A stretch of 64,000 bases of DNA from an uncultured Actinomycetes bacterium (lineage in GTDB: Bacteria; Actinomycetota; UBA4738; HRBIN12), in assembly GCA_963792215.1 (NCBI GenBank), contig CAWBVL010000004.1:46256-110255 (forward strand), given 5' to 3'. Position 1 is the stretch's first letter, and the number at the start of each line of letters is the position of its first letter. The notes below the pieces were generated by a model, which did not search any database, was not told where the DNA came from, and worked only from the letters and a program-made list of their open reading frames with translations. The translations under genes and the position numbers were made by a program. Positions 1 through 7,574 of the stretch are shown here, one piece after another.

Positions 1-599
1 GAACACCCGAGCGGCGCGTACGTCTTCAAGATCGACGCACCGTTCTGCGTGGTCACGCCGCCGCCCGCCGACAAGATACTTCCGCAGATGTTCGCGTTGG
101 TCCCGACGGTGATGTCGGACGCCGAATAGATGTCACCCATCACGGTCATGTTGTTGTTCACGGTCAAGGCGTTCTGCGAGAAGATGGCGTACTTGAACGA
201 CGGGATCGGCTCGTAGGTGATCTGGACCTCACGGGCGAACTGGACGTCCGCCTTCGTCGGGTAGTACCCGACGGAGGTGACGACGATCTGATTGCCCGAG
301 GTCGTCCACTGCAACTGGTACTGCCCATCGACGCCGGAGCAGACGTTCGAGGTGCCGATCGCGCAGCTGTTCGTCGCTGCCCGGCTCTCGCCGAGGGTCG
401 TGACGGCCGCGTCCGCGCCGCCCTCGGCCACCGTCAACGCCTTGCTCCATTCCAGCGACAGGCTGGACTGATGCAAGGATGCAGAACCAGCGTCGAGCGA
501 GACGGCGAGGAGGACCATCATGATGGCCATCAGCAGCATCGAGATGACGAGGGAGTACCCCTCCTCTCGATGCATGGCTCGAAGCAATGCGTTCCTCAT
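1..599 (-). CDS. PilX/GspK-like minor pilin. The start is inside the window and the 3' end runs off the left edge.
   Basis: Not in the ORF track. Hand check of every codon from ATG 599 down to position 3 found no stop. AGGAG lies 7 nt upstream of the ATG. The N-terminus MRNALLRAMHREEG/YSLVISMLLMAIMMVLLAV looks like a prepilin leader plus hydrophobic helix but lacks Glu at +5. It is the last gene of the pilin row. Confidence 0.55.
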   Translation of the reverse strand, partial: MRNALLRAMHREEGYSLVISMLLMAIMMVLLAVSLDAGSASLHQSSLSLEWSKALTVAEGGADAAVTTLGESRAATNSCAIGTSNVCSGVDGQYQLQWTTSGNQIVVTSVGYYPTKADVQFAREVQITYEPIPSFKYAIFSQNALTVNNNMTVMGDIYSASDITVGTNANICGSILSAGGGVTTQNGASILKTYAPLGC

Positions 600-608
600 G
601 GTGAGCTC

Positions 609-1166
609 CTAGGTCTCGACGTTGCGCAGTTGCACGTCCGACGCGAGGTCGACGGTCGACGTGTCGGTCTCAAACGTCAGGTCGATCGTGACCTGGTCCA
701 CAACGCCGGCATGCTGGACGTAGGTGAAGGGATCCGACGAGCATCCCGGGTCGCTTGCCGTCTTGCACAAGATCGGCGAGACGAGCGGCGCGAAGTGCAC
801 ACCGCCGTCCCTTGACTGCTCGAGTGTGTAAGGCGCCTTCGTGCCGGTCACCCGCCACTCGATCGTGCTCTGCGTTCCATCGATATAACCGCTGAACTTC
901 AGGATCGAGGCGTTGCTCACCGTGAGGTCGACCGACTCGCCCTGGCGCAGCTGCTTGGTCATCTGATCGATCGCGATCCGACCGTCGGTCAGCACATCGC
1001 GGCGGTTCGTGATCGTGTTGGTCGTTGTGAACGACCGCATCGCCACGCTCATCATCGCGGTCGCAACGATGCTCATCACCGCCATCGTGACCACGAGCTC
1101 GACCAGGGTGAACCCGGCCTCGCCCTCAGCCCGTCGGATTCGGCGTCGCAGAATTCGCGCTGACAT
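609..1166 (-). CDS. Prepilin-type minor pilin (PilW/GspJ-like)
   Basis: Contains ...AEGEAG/FTLVELVVTMAVMSIVATAMM, the class III signal and methylation motif (G/FTLxE). The start is uncertain: ATG 1166 or ATG 1181. Either overlaps the 3' end of the upstream pilin gene. Confidence 0.7.
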   Translation of the reverse strand: MSARILRRRIRRAEGEAGFTLVELVVTMAVMSIVATAMMSVAMRSFTTTNTITNRRDVLTDGRIAIDQMTKQLRQGESVDLTVSNASILKFSGYIDGTQSTIEWRVTGTKAPYTLEQSRDGGVHFAPLVSPILCKTASDPGCSSDPFTYVQHAGVVDQVTIDLTFETDTSTVDLASDVQLRNVET

Positions 1167-2613
1167 TGGTCGCGAGGTCATAGGCCACCACGTAGTACTC
1201 GTAGGTATCCGTCTTCTTGTGGGTGTCGCTGCAGGTCGTCGACGCGGTGTCACATACGAGCGTCCACGCGCCCGACGACGTGATCAGGCGCTTGTACATC
1301 CGGTACCCGCCGAGGTCGGTTACCCCGACCGGAGCCGTCCAGCCCATCACGACGGTCGTGTTCGCTCCTTGGGTCGACGTGCTGACCTTGTGGAAGCCGG
1401 TCGGAGCACCGGGAGCGGTCGTATCGAGGATGATCGTGTCGGTCGCGATGGCGCCGTACTGTCCGCTCGAGTTGAAGTAGCGCGCGTAGACCGTCTTCGT
1501 CCCGTCGCCGCTCGGGATCGTCCACGCGTATGACGTCGCCCACGCGTAGGGACCGAGCCACGTCGACCCGTCGTTGGAGAACTTCATGGTCGTGGGCGTC
1601 ACGCTGCCGCTCTTCGCCAACGTGAGCGTCACGACGGTCGTGTTGGTGTAGGTCGCGTTGCTGTTGACGACCACCGTTCCGTCGGGTCCGCCGTTCCCAG
1701 CGTTCGGGTTGGTGGTCGTGACATGACAGTTCGCGGCGCTGTTGGTGGCGGTCCCACCTCCGTTGTCCACGACCGTGTTGACGACGGTGTACGTGGAGGC
1801 GCTCGGATACGTGTGCGTGACCGAAGCCCCAGCTCCCGTCGTCCCATCTCCGAAGTCCCAAGAAACACTCGCGATCGAGCCGTCGGAGTCGGAGGCGACG
1901 GCGGTGAAGGTCACGGTGAGGCCGGAGATGCTGCTGGTTGGGCACGACACGGTCGGCAACACGTTCTTGGCAGGGGCCTTGTAGTTGATCTGGCCGTCAG
2001 AGAACAGCGACGATTCGCTCAGTGCTGAGCTCTCACCCGTGACGGTATTCCTCCAAACAACGACCACGGTGACGCGCTTGGCGTCATGACCGTTCGCGTC
2101 GCTGACGCCGTTGCCGTTGCCGTCCGCTGCGTCCCCGGCGCCGGTGCCGTCCTGAGGTGAGTCGTACCACGTGACGTAGCGGTACACCTCGTACGTCGTG
2201 CCACCGTTCGAGTACGGGTTCTGGTAGTGCGAGAGTGCCGGCGACGCGCCGGCGACGCGGACGATCGGCTCCGGGCTCATCGGTCCCGAGCCGTCCGGAT
2301 CGTAGGTCTGTGCCGTCTGATCGATCCAATAGTCAGGGTTGTTGGGATCGGTCGAGTGCGAGAGGTTGGAGGTGTCCGACAGGACGAGGTTGTCGTAGTT
2401 CAGCGCCCGCGCCTCTTCCATCTGCTGATCCAGCGCGGCACGGGACGCGAGTCGCTGACGCGACAGGCCGGTGCTGCCGAGACCGAAGATCATCGCCTGC
2501 GCGATCGTGAACGCGCCCACGGCCATGATCGTGATCGAGACCATCGCCTCGACCAACGTGAAGCCCTCGTCGCCATCGAGGCGACGGCGGAGCCGATCCA
2601 GGATGTGCATCAT
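1126..2613 (-). CDS. Large prepilin-type protein (~495 aa) with PKD, Ig-like and FN3-like modules; candidate adhesive minor pilin
   Basis: Taken from MMHILDRLRRRLDGDEG/FTLVEAMVSITIMAV. A PKD-like block reads SVSWDFGDGTTGAGASVTHTYPSASTYTVVNTVVDNGGG. An Ig-like block reads GDGTKTVYARYFNSSGQYGAIATDTIILDTTAPGAP. The C-terminus is FN3-like (GYRMYKR...YEYYVVAYDLATNVS). The track ORF extends to 2745, but the prepilin leader fits the ATG pair at 2613/2610. Confidence 0.75.
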   Translation of the reverse strand: MMHILDRLRRRLDGDEGFTLVEAMVSITIMAVGAFTIAQAMIFGLGSTGLSRQRLASRAALDQQMEEARALNYDNLVLSDTSNLSHSTDPNNPDYWIDQTAQTYDPDGSGPMSPEPIVRVAGASPALSHYQNPYSNGGTTYEVYRYVTWYDSPQDGTGAGDAADGNGNGVSDANGHDAKRVTVVVVWRNTVTGESSALSESSLFSDGQINYKAPAKNVLPTVSCPTSSISGLTVTFTAVASDSDGSIASVSWDFGDGTTGAGASVTHTYPSASTYTVVNTVVDNGGGTATNSAANCHVTTTNPNAGNGGPDGTVVVNSNATYTNTTVVTLTLAKSGSVTPTTMKFSNDGSTWLGPYAWATSYAWTIPSGDGTKTVYARYFNSSGQYGAIATDTIILDTTAPGAPTGFHKVSTSTQGANTTVVMGWTAPVGVTDLGGYRMYKRLITSSGAWTLVCDTASTTCSDTHKKTDTYEYYVVAYDLATNVSANSATPNPTG

Positions 2614-2684
2614 CGACAGAACCTCCAGCCCTACCCAGTAGGTGTCGGTCTGTCGGCCCACCAGCTTGAGTCCCCCGAACGCCG

Positions 2685-2712
2685 GAAGGGCGGCCCCGAG
2701 GGACCGCCCTTC
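2685..2712 (-). terminator. GC-rich hairpin 27 nt downstream of the pilA stop
   Basis: Forward sequence gaagggcgg-ccccgaggga-ccgcccttc: a 9-bp perfect stem, extendable with G-U and GC pairs. No U tract follows. It lies between pilA and the next pilin gene. Confidence 0.45.
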
Positions 2713-2738
2713 TGATCGGCGTGGTGCCTGCTTCGTGC

Positions 2739-3227
2739 TTACCAACCGTTGGTCGCGAGGGCCGTCTGGTTGGCGACGCAGCTCGCCTGGGCGAGCGGCG
2801 ACGTGTGGCTGAACACGGTGCCGGTGTCGGCCTCGTCGTAGGCCTCGAAGCAGTTGCCCGCCTTCGAGTAGGCGACCAGCTCGATCGCGCCCTTGACGAT
2901 GCCCGACGCCGTGTTGACCACCTTGAAGCTCATGTTGCCCGGGCCGGTCGAGGCACCCGCCTGGTAGGTCAGCGACGGCTCGGTCGCGAGCAGCGTCGCC
3001 GCCGTCACGGTCGAGTAGTCGTCGGTGTCAGTGAAGATCGTCTTGGCCGCGGCCAAGGCGTTGCGGACACCTGATTCCGCCGCCTTATCGTTGGCCCGGT
3101 TCCGGGCCCCGAGGAACGTCGGCAGAGCGATGGCGACCAGGATGCCGATGATCAGAACGACCACCATCAGCTCGATCAGGGTGAAGCCCTCATCCTCGCG
3201 GACGCGCTTCAAGAGTCCCTTGAGCAT
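2739..3227 (-). CDS. pilA: Type IV major pilin
   Basis: MLKGLLKRVREDEG/FTLIELMVVVLIIGILVAIALPTFLGARNRANDKAAESGV is a canonical prepilin leader plus alpha1 helix. AAGGAGG precedes ATG 3227. About 162 aa. Sits immediately after pilC. Confidence 0.85.
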   Translation of the reverse strand: MLKGLLKRVREDEGFTLIELMVVVLIIGILVAIALPTFLGARNRANDKAAESGVRNALAAAKTIFTDTDDYSTVTAATLLATEPSLTYQAGASTGPGNMSFKVVNTASGIVKGAIELVAYSKAGNCFEAYDEADTGTVFSHTSPLAQASCVANQTALATNGW

Positions 3228-3346
3228 TCTGCCTTCGCCTCCTTTCCGTGAGCAAGCACACCCCATCGGTATGCGTTCCAGAGAGATGTCGGCGGGGTCT
3301 TCTTGCCTCTGAAGGTCAACTGCCTGAGTTCACCGACAAATCCCCT

Positions 3347-3368
3347 GAGTTGGGTAGATACCCAACTC
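3347..3368. promoter_or_regulatory. Perfect 10+10 bp inverted repeat in the pilC-pilA intergenic region
   Basis: GAGTTGGGTA-GA-TACCCAACTC. It lies 52 nt after the pilC stop and about 120 nt before the pilA ATG. It could be an operator or a hairpin. Confidence 0.3.
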
Positions 3369-3419
3369 CGGGTAGCCGAGAGAACCGCTCGCGAGTGCGG
3401 TGGACTTGCGTTCGGCGCT

Positions 3420-4631
3420 TCAACTCGACGGGATCAGCTTGATGATGTTGAACATCGGCATGTAAAGCGCGACCACCGCCGCACCCACGCAGCCGCCGAT
3501 CACCGCGATCAGAAGCGGCTCGATCAACGACGTGAGGGCATCCACCTGGGCCTCGACCTCCGCGTCGTAGAACGCCGCGACCTTCTCGAGCATCGTGTCG
3601 ACCTGGCCTGTCTCCTCACCGACCGCGAGCATCTGCACCACCATCGGCGGGAATACGTCATGCGACGACAGCGGCTTTGCCATCGACTCGCCCTCGCGGA
3701 CCGACTGCTGCACGTCCTCAATCGCGATCGCGACGACCCGGTTGTTCACGGTTTCGCTGACGATCTCGAGGGCCTGCAGGATCGGCACGCCGGACTTCAG
3801 CAGCATCGCCAGGGTTGAGGCGAATCGCGACAACGCAACCTTCTGGAAAAGCACGCCGAAGATCGGAATGCGGAGCTTGACACGGTCGACCGCCGCCCGG
3901 CCGGCGTCGGTCTTCTTCCACCGTCGGAAGACGATGCGCCCGACGATGCTGCCGATCAGCACGATGTACCAGAGCTTCTTGAAGATGTTGGAGATCAGCA
4001 GCAGAACCCGCGTTGGCAAGGGCAGTGACCCGCCGAGGCCGGCGTAGATCGACTGGAACTGCGGGACGACGAACAGCAACATCGCCGACATGATCAGTGT
4101 GACCAGGGCGACGACGGCGATCGGATAGGTCATCGCGGACTTGATCTTGCCGCGAAGTTTGACCTCGTTCTCGATCATGTCCGCCAAGCTCAGGAGCACG
4201 TCGTCGAGCGACCCGCCCATCTCTCCAGCCTTTACCATCGCGACGAACAAGTCATTGAAGATCTTCGGGTGCTTGACCATCGCGCCTGAGAGCGACGCGC
4301 CTTGTTCGACGTCCGTTCGAACGACTCCGAGGATGCGAGCGAGCTCAGCGTTATCGGTCTGGTCCGACAAGATCGCGAGCGCGCGCAAGATCGGCAGGCC
4401 GGAGTTGACCATCGTGGCGAACTGCCGCGAGAAGACGGCCAACTCCTTGAGCTTGACTTTCTTCCCGCCGATCTCGATGTTCATGCTGCGGCCCTGCTTG
4501 CCGACCTCGAGTGGCACGAAGCCCTGCTCGCGGAGGCGCGCCAGGACCAGCGCCTCGTTGTCGGCGACGATCGTGCCGTTCAGGACGTTGCCGCCCTTGT
4601 CGCGCGCCTTGTACGTAAAGGTGTCAGGCAT
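3420..4631 (-). CDS. pilC: Type IV pilus platform protein PilC (GspF family)
   Basis: 403 aa with two T2SS-F repeats (e.g. FSRQFATMVNSGLPILRAL and LSRFASTLAMLLKSGVPILQAL) and polytopic TM segments. Confidence 0.9.
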   Translation of the reverse strand: MPDTFTYKARDKGGNVLNGTIVADNEALVLARLREQGFVPLEVGKQGRSMNIEIGGKKVKLKELAVFSRQFATMVNSGLPILRALAILSDQTDNAELARILGVVRTDVEQGASLSGAMVKHPKIFNDLFVAMVKAGEMGGSLDDVLLSLADMIENEVKLRGKIKSAMTYPIAVVALVTLIMSAMLLFVVPQFQSIYAGLGGSLPLPTRVLLLISNIFKKLWYIVLIGSIVGRIVFRRWKKTDAGRAAVDRVKLRIPIFGVLFQKVALSRFASTLAMLLKSGVPILQALEIVSETVNNRVVAIAIEDVQQSVREGESMAKPLSSHDVFPPMVVQMLAVGEETGQVDTMLEKVAAFYDAEVEAQVDALTSLIEPLLIAVIGGCVGAAVVALYMPMFNIIKLIPSS

Positions 4632-4645
4632 CGCTCTTCACCGCC

Positions 4646-5842
4646 TCACATGCCGCCGGTCGACCAACCGTCGGATCCGGATCCGGAGCCGCCGAAGTCG
4701 CTCGCGTCTGTGTAATTGCCGCCGTCGGAGTAGGCCGACAGCCCCGTGGATGAGCCGATGAGGCGCTGGAGCTCCTCGGGGTCGTGGCACCGCTCGAAGG
4801 CCATCTGCTGATTGATCCGCCCCGCCTTCACATGCGACGCGAGCGACATGTCCATGGTCTGCATCCCGTAGCGGCCACCGGCCTGCATCGCTGAGTAGAT
4901 CTGGTGCACCTTGCCCTCACGGATCAGGTTGCGGATGCCCGGCGTCGCGATCATCACCTCGGCGGCCACGACACGGCCGCGCCCGTCCGTGGTCGGCACG
5001 AGCTGCTGGGTGATCACGCCCTGCAACGTCGTCGATAGCTGGACCCGCGTCTGCTGCTGCTGGTGCGGGGGGAAGACGTCGATGATTCGGTCGATCGTCT
5101 GCGGCGCGTCCTGCGTGTGCAGGGTCGCGAACACGAGGTGGCCGGTCTCGGCGGCGGTGATCGCCGTCGAGATCGTCTCGAGGTCACGCATCTCGCCGAC
5201 GAGGATGACGTCGGGGTCCTGCCGCAAGACGTGCTTGAGGGCCGACGCGAACGAGTGCGTGTCCGCTCCGATCTCGCGTTGGTTCACGACGCAGGTCTTG
5301 TGCTTGTGCAGGAACTCGATCGGATCCTCAACCGTCATGATGTGGCCCGCGCGCTCGGTGTTAACGACGTCGACCATGCCGGCCAGGGTCGTCGACTTAC
5401 CGGACCCGGTCGGGCCGGTCACGACGACGAACCCGCGTGGGAACCGCGCGAGATCGGCGCACACCGGCGGCAACCCCAGCTCGTCGAGACCCTTGATCTC
5501 GAACGGGATCACACGGAAGACGGCGCCGACCGCGTCGCGCTGCATGTAAACGTTGACACGGAACCGGGCGCGCCCCGGCAACGAGTACGACATGTCGAGC
5601 TCGAGCTCCTGCTCGAACCGCTCACGCATCTTCTGGGGCAAGATCGCGTAGATCATGCCCTGGAGGGCCCGCGGGCTCAGGTTCGGATAGTCCTGCAGCC
5701 GTTCGAGCTCGCCGTGCACCCGGACCGTGGGCGGTGTGCCCGCGGTGAGGTGCAGGTCGGACCCGTTCATCTCCAGGAGCTTCCCGAGCAGTTCCGGGAT
5801 CGGTACCTGGAGATCGTCCTCGGGAGGAGCGACCGTGCTCAT
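4646..5842 (-). CDS. pilT: Twitching-motility retraction ATPase PilT
   Basis: Walker A GPTGSGKSTT; PilT-type blocks ILVGEMRDLETISTAITAAETGHLVFATLHT and AIRNLIREGK-like GIRNLIREGKVHQI. Carries an extra Gly/Ser/Asp-rich C-terminal tail. Confidence 0.9.
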   Translation of the reverse strand: MSTVAPPEDDLQVPIPELLGKLLEMNGSDLHLTAGTPPTVRVHGELERLQDYPNLSPRALQGMIYAILPQKMRERFEQELELDMSYSLPGRARFRVNVYMQRDAVGAVFRVIPFEIKGLDELGLPPVCADLARFPRGFVVVTGPTGSGKSTTLAGMVDVVNTERAGHIMTVEDPIEFLHKHKTCVVNQREIGADTHSFASALKHVLRQDPDVILVGEMRDLETISTAITAAETGHLVFATLHTQDAPQTIDRIIDVFPPHQQQQTRVQLSTTLQGVITQQLVPTTDGRGRVVAAEVMIATPGIRNLIREGKVHQIYSAMQAGGRYGMQTMDMSLASHVKAGRINQQMAFERCHDPEELQRLIGSSTGLSAYSDGGNYTDASDFGGSGSGSDGWSTGGM

Positions 5843-5843
5843 C

Positions 5844-7535
5844 TCACTTCACCACCCTTGCAACCTCTTCCAGCGACGTCAGGCCCATCCGTGCCTTCTC
5901 CAGCCCGTCGTCGCGGAGCGTCATCATCCCCTGCTGTATCGCGACAGCCTTGATGGCATCGGCAGACGCACGCTCGACCGTTAGCCGTTCGACCTCTTCG
6001 GTCATCTGCATCACCTCGTACAGGCCGATCCGGCCTCGGAATCCCGTGTTCGCGCAGGCAGGGCACCCCGCCGCCTTGTGGAGCTCCTGGACCTCGGGCC
6101 AGAGCCAGTCCGGGTATCCGGCCGCGTAGAGCTCGTTCTCGTCGGGCCGGTACGGGGTTCGGCAGCGCTCACAGAGCTTGCGTGCCAACCGCTGTCCGAC
6201 CACGCAGTCGATCGCGGAAGCCACCAGGAAGGTCTCGACGTCCATCTCGACCAGGCGGGTGATCGCGCTCGGCGCGTCGTTCGTGTGCAGCGACGAGAGC
6301 ACGAGGTGGCCTGTCAGGGCGGCCTCGATCGCGATCGTGGCCGTCTCCTTGTCTCGGATCTCACCGATCAGCACGATGTCGGGGTCCGCGCGCAGGATCG
6401 ATCGCAGCGCCGCAGAGAACGTCAGGCCCGCCTTGGGGTTGACCTGGATCTGGTTGACGCCGGCGAGCCGGTATTCCACAGGGTCCTCGACGGTGATGAT
6501 GTTCTTGTCGACACTGTTGAGAATGTTGAGGGTGCCGTACATAGTGGTGGACTTCCCAGAGCCCGTCGGTCCGGTGACGAGCAGCGCGCCGTACGGCTTG
6601 TGGAACGAGACCGAGTACCGCTTGTAGGAGTTCTCCAGGAACCCGAGATCCTCCAGGCGCAGCATCGCGTGCGAGGTGTCGAGGATCCGGAGCACCACTT
6701 TCTCGCCGTAGACCGTCGGCAGCGTCGCCATGCGGAGGTCGAGCTGCTTGCCACCGATCTTCATCCCGATGCGGCCGTCTTGCGGGACGCGCTTCTCGGC
6801 GATGTTGAGGTCGGCCATGACCTTCATGCGGCTGATCAGGCCGTTCTGGATGTTCTTGGGTGCCGGCGGCATCGGTTCCATCAGCACGCCGTCCACACGG
6901 AATCGGATGCGGACGTCGTGCTCCCGCGGCTCGATGTGCACGTCGGAGGCGCGGTCGGCGACCGCCTGAGTCATGATCGCGTTGACGAGCTTGACGATCG
7001 GCGCGTCCTCGACCGCCGCGTCGAGGTCGTTGTCCTCGTCATCCTCACCGCTCGCGGCGTCGACCATGCTCGCCATCGCCTCGACCTGTGAGTCGAGCCC
7101 AGCGAATTTCTGGATGGCGTTCTCGACGTCGGCGGCGGTCGCGACCACGGGGAGTACGTCACGACCGGTGATGGTCCGGATGTCGTCGAGCGCGTAGACG
7201 TTGGCCGGATCAGACATGGCAACCAGCAGCCGGCCGTCTCGCTCCCCGATCGGCAAGGCTCGGTAGCGCTTGGCGAGCGCCTCGGGCAGGAGGGCCGTCG
7301 CGAGGGTGTCGATGGGGAACTCATCGAGATCGACGAATTCGAGGCCGACCTGTTCCGCCAAGGCACGAACGAGGTCCGACTCCTTGATCATCCGGAGGTC
7401 GATGAGCACGCGGCCCAGCGACTTCGGGGTCGCGCGGTGCTCCTCGAGTGCGGTCTCCAGCTGGGCAGTCGTGATGTAGCCGAGCTCGATCAAGATCTGA
7501 CCGAGTTGCTTCGACTTCCGCTTGACCTGCGACAT
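5844..7535 (-). CDS. pilB: Type IV pilus assembly (extension) ATPase PilB (GspE family)
   Basis: 563 aa. N-terminal GSPII_E_N-like domain, Walker A GPTGSGKSTT, a tetracysteine block (CERC...CPAC), and GEIRDKETATIAIEAALTGHLV. Confidence 0.9.
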   Translation of the reverse strand: MSQVKRKSKQLGQILIELGYITTAQLETALEEHRATPKSLGRVLIDLRMIKESDLVRALAEQVGLEFVDLDEFPIDTLATALLPEALAKRYRALPIGERDGRLLVAMSDPANVYALDDIRTITGRDVLPVVATAADVENAIQKFAGLDSQVEAMASMVDAASGEDDEDNDLDAAVEDAPIVKLVNAIMTQAVADRASDVHIEPREHDVRIRFRVDGVLMEPMPPAPKNIQNGLISRMKVMADLNIAEKRVPQDGRIGMKIGGKQLDLRMATLPTVYGEKVVLRILDTSHAMLRLEDLGFLENSYKRYSVSFHKPYGALLVTGPTGSGKSTTMYGTLNILNSVDKNIITVEDPVEYRLAGVNQIQVNPKAGLTFSAALRSILRADPDIVLIGEIRDKETATIAIEAALTGHLVLSSLHTNDAPSAITRLVEMDVETFLVASAIDCVVGQRLARKLCERCRTPYRPDENELYAAGYPDWLWPEVQELHKAAGCPACANTGFRGRIGLYEVMQMTEEVERLTVERASADAIKAVAIQQGMMTLRDDGLEKARMGLTSLEEVARVVK

Positions 7536-7574
7536 CGCGTCCCCGGGGTCCGTTCGGGCTAGGTCGTCCAGATA

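Noticed and set aside
3228-3346. Sigma-54-type (GG-N10-GC) or clear sigma-70 promoter for pilA
   Set aside because: TGGAACGCATACCGA has the GG element but no GC element at the right spacing, and Actinobacteria generally lack sigma-54. TTGACC is present, but I found no convincing -10 element at 16-19 nt.
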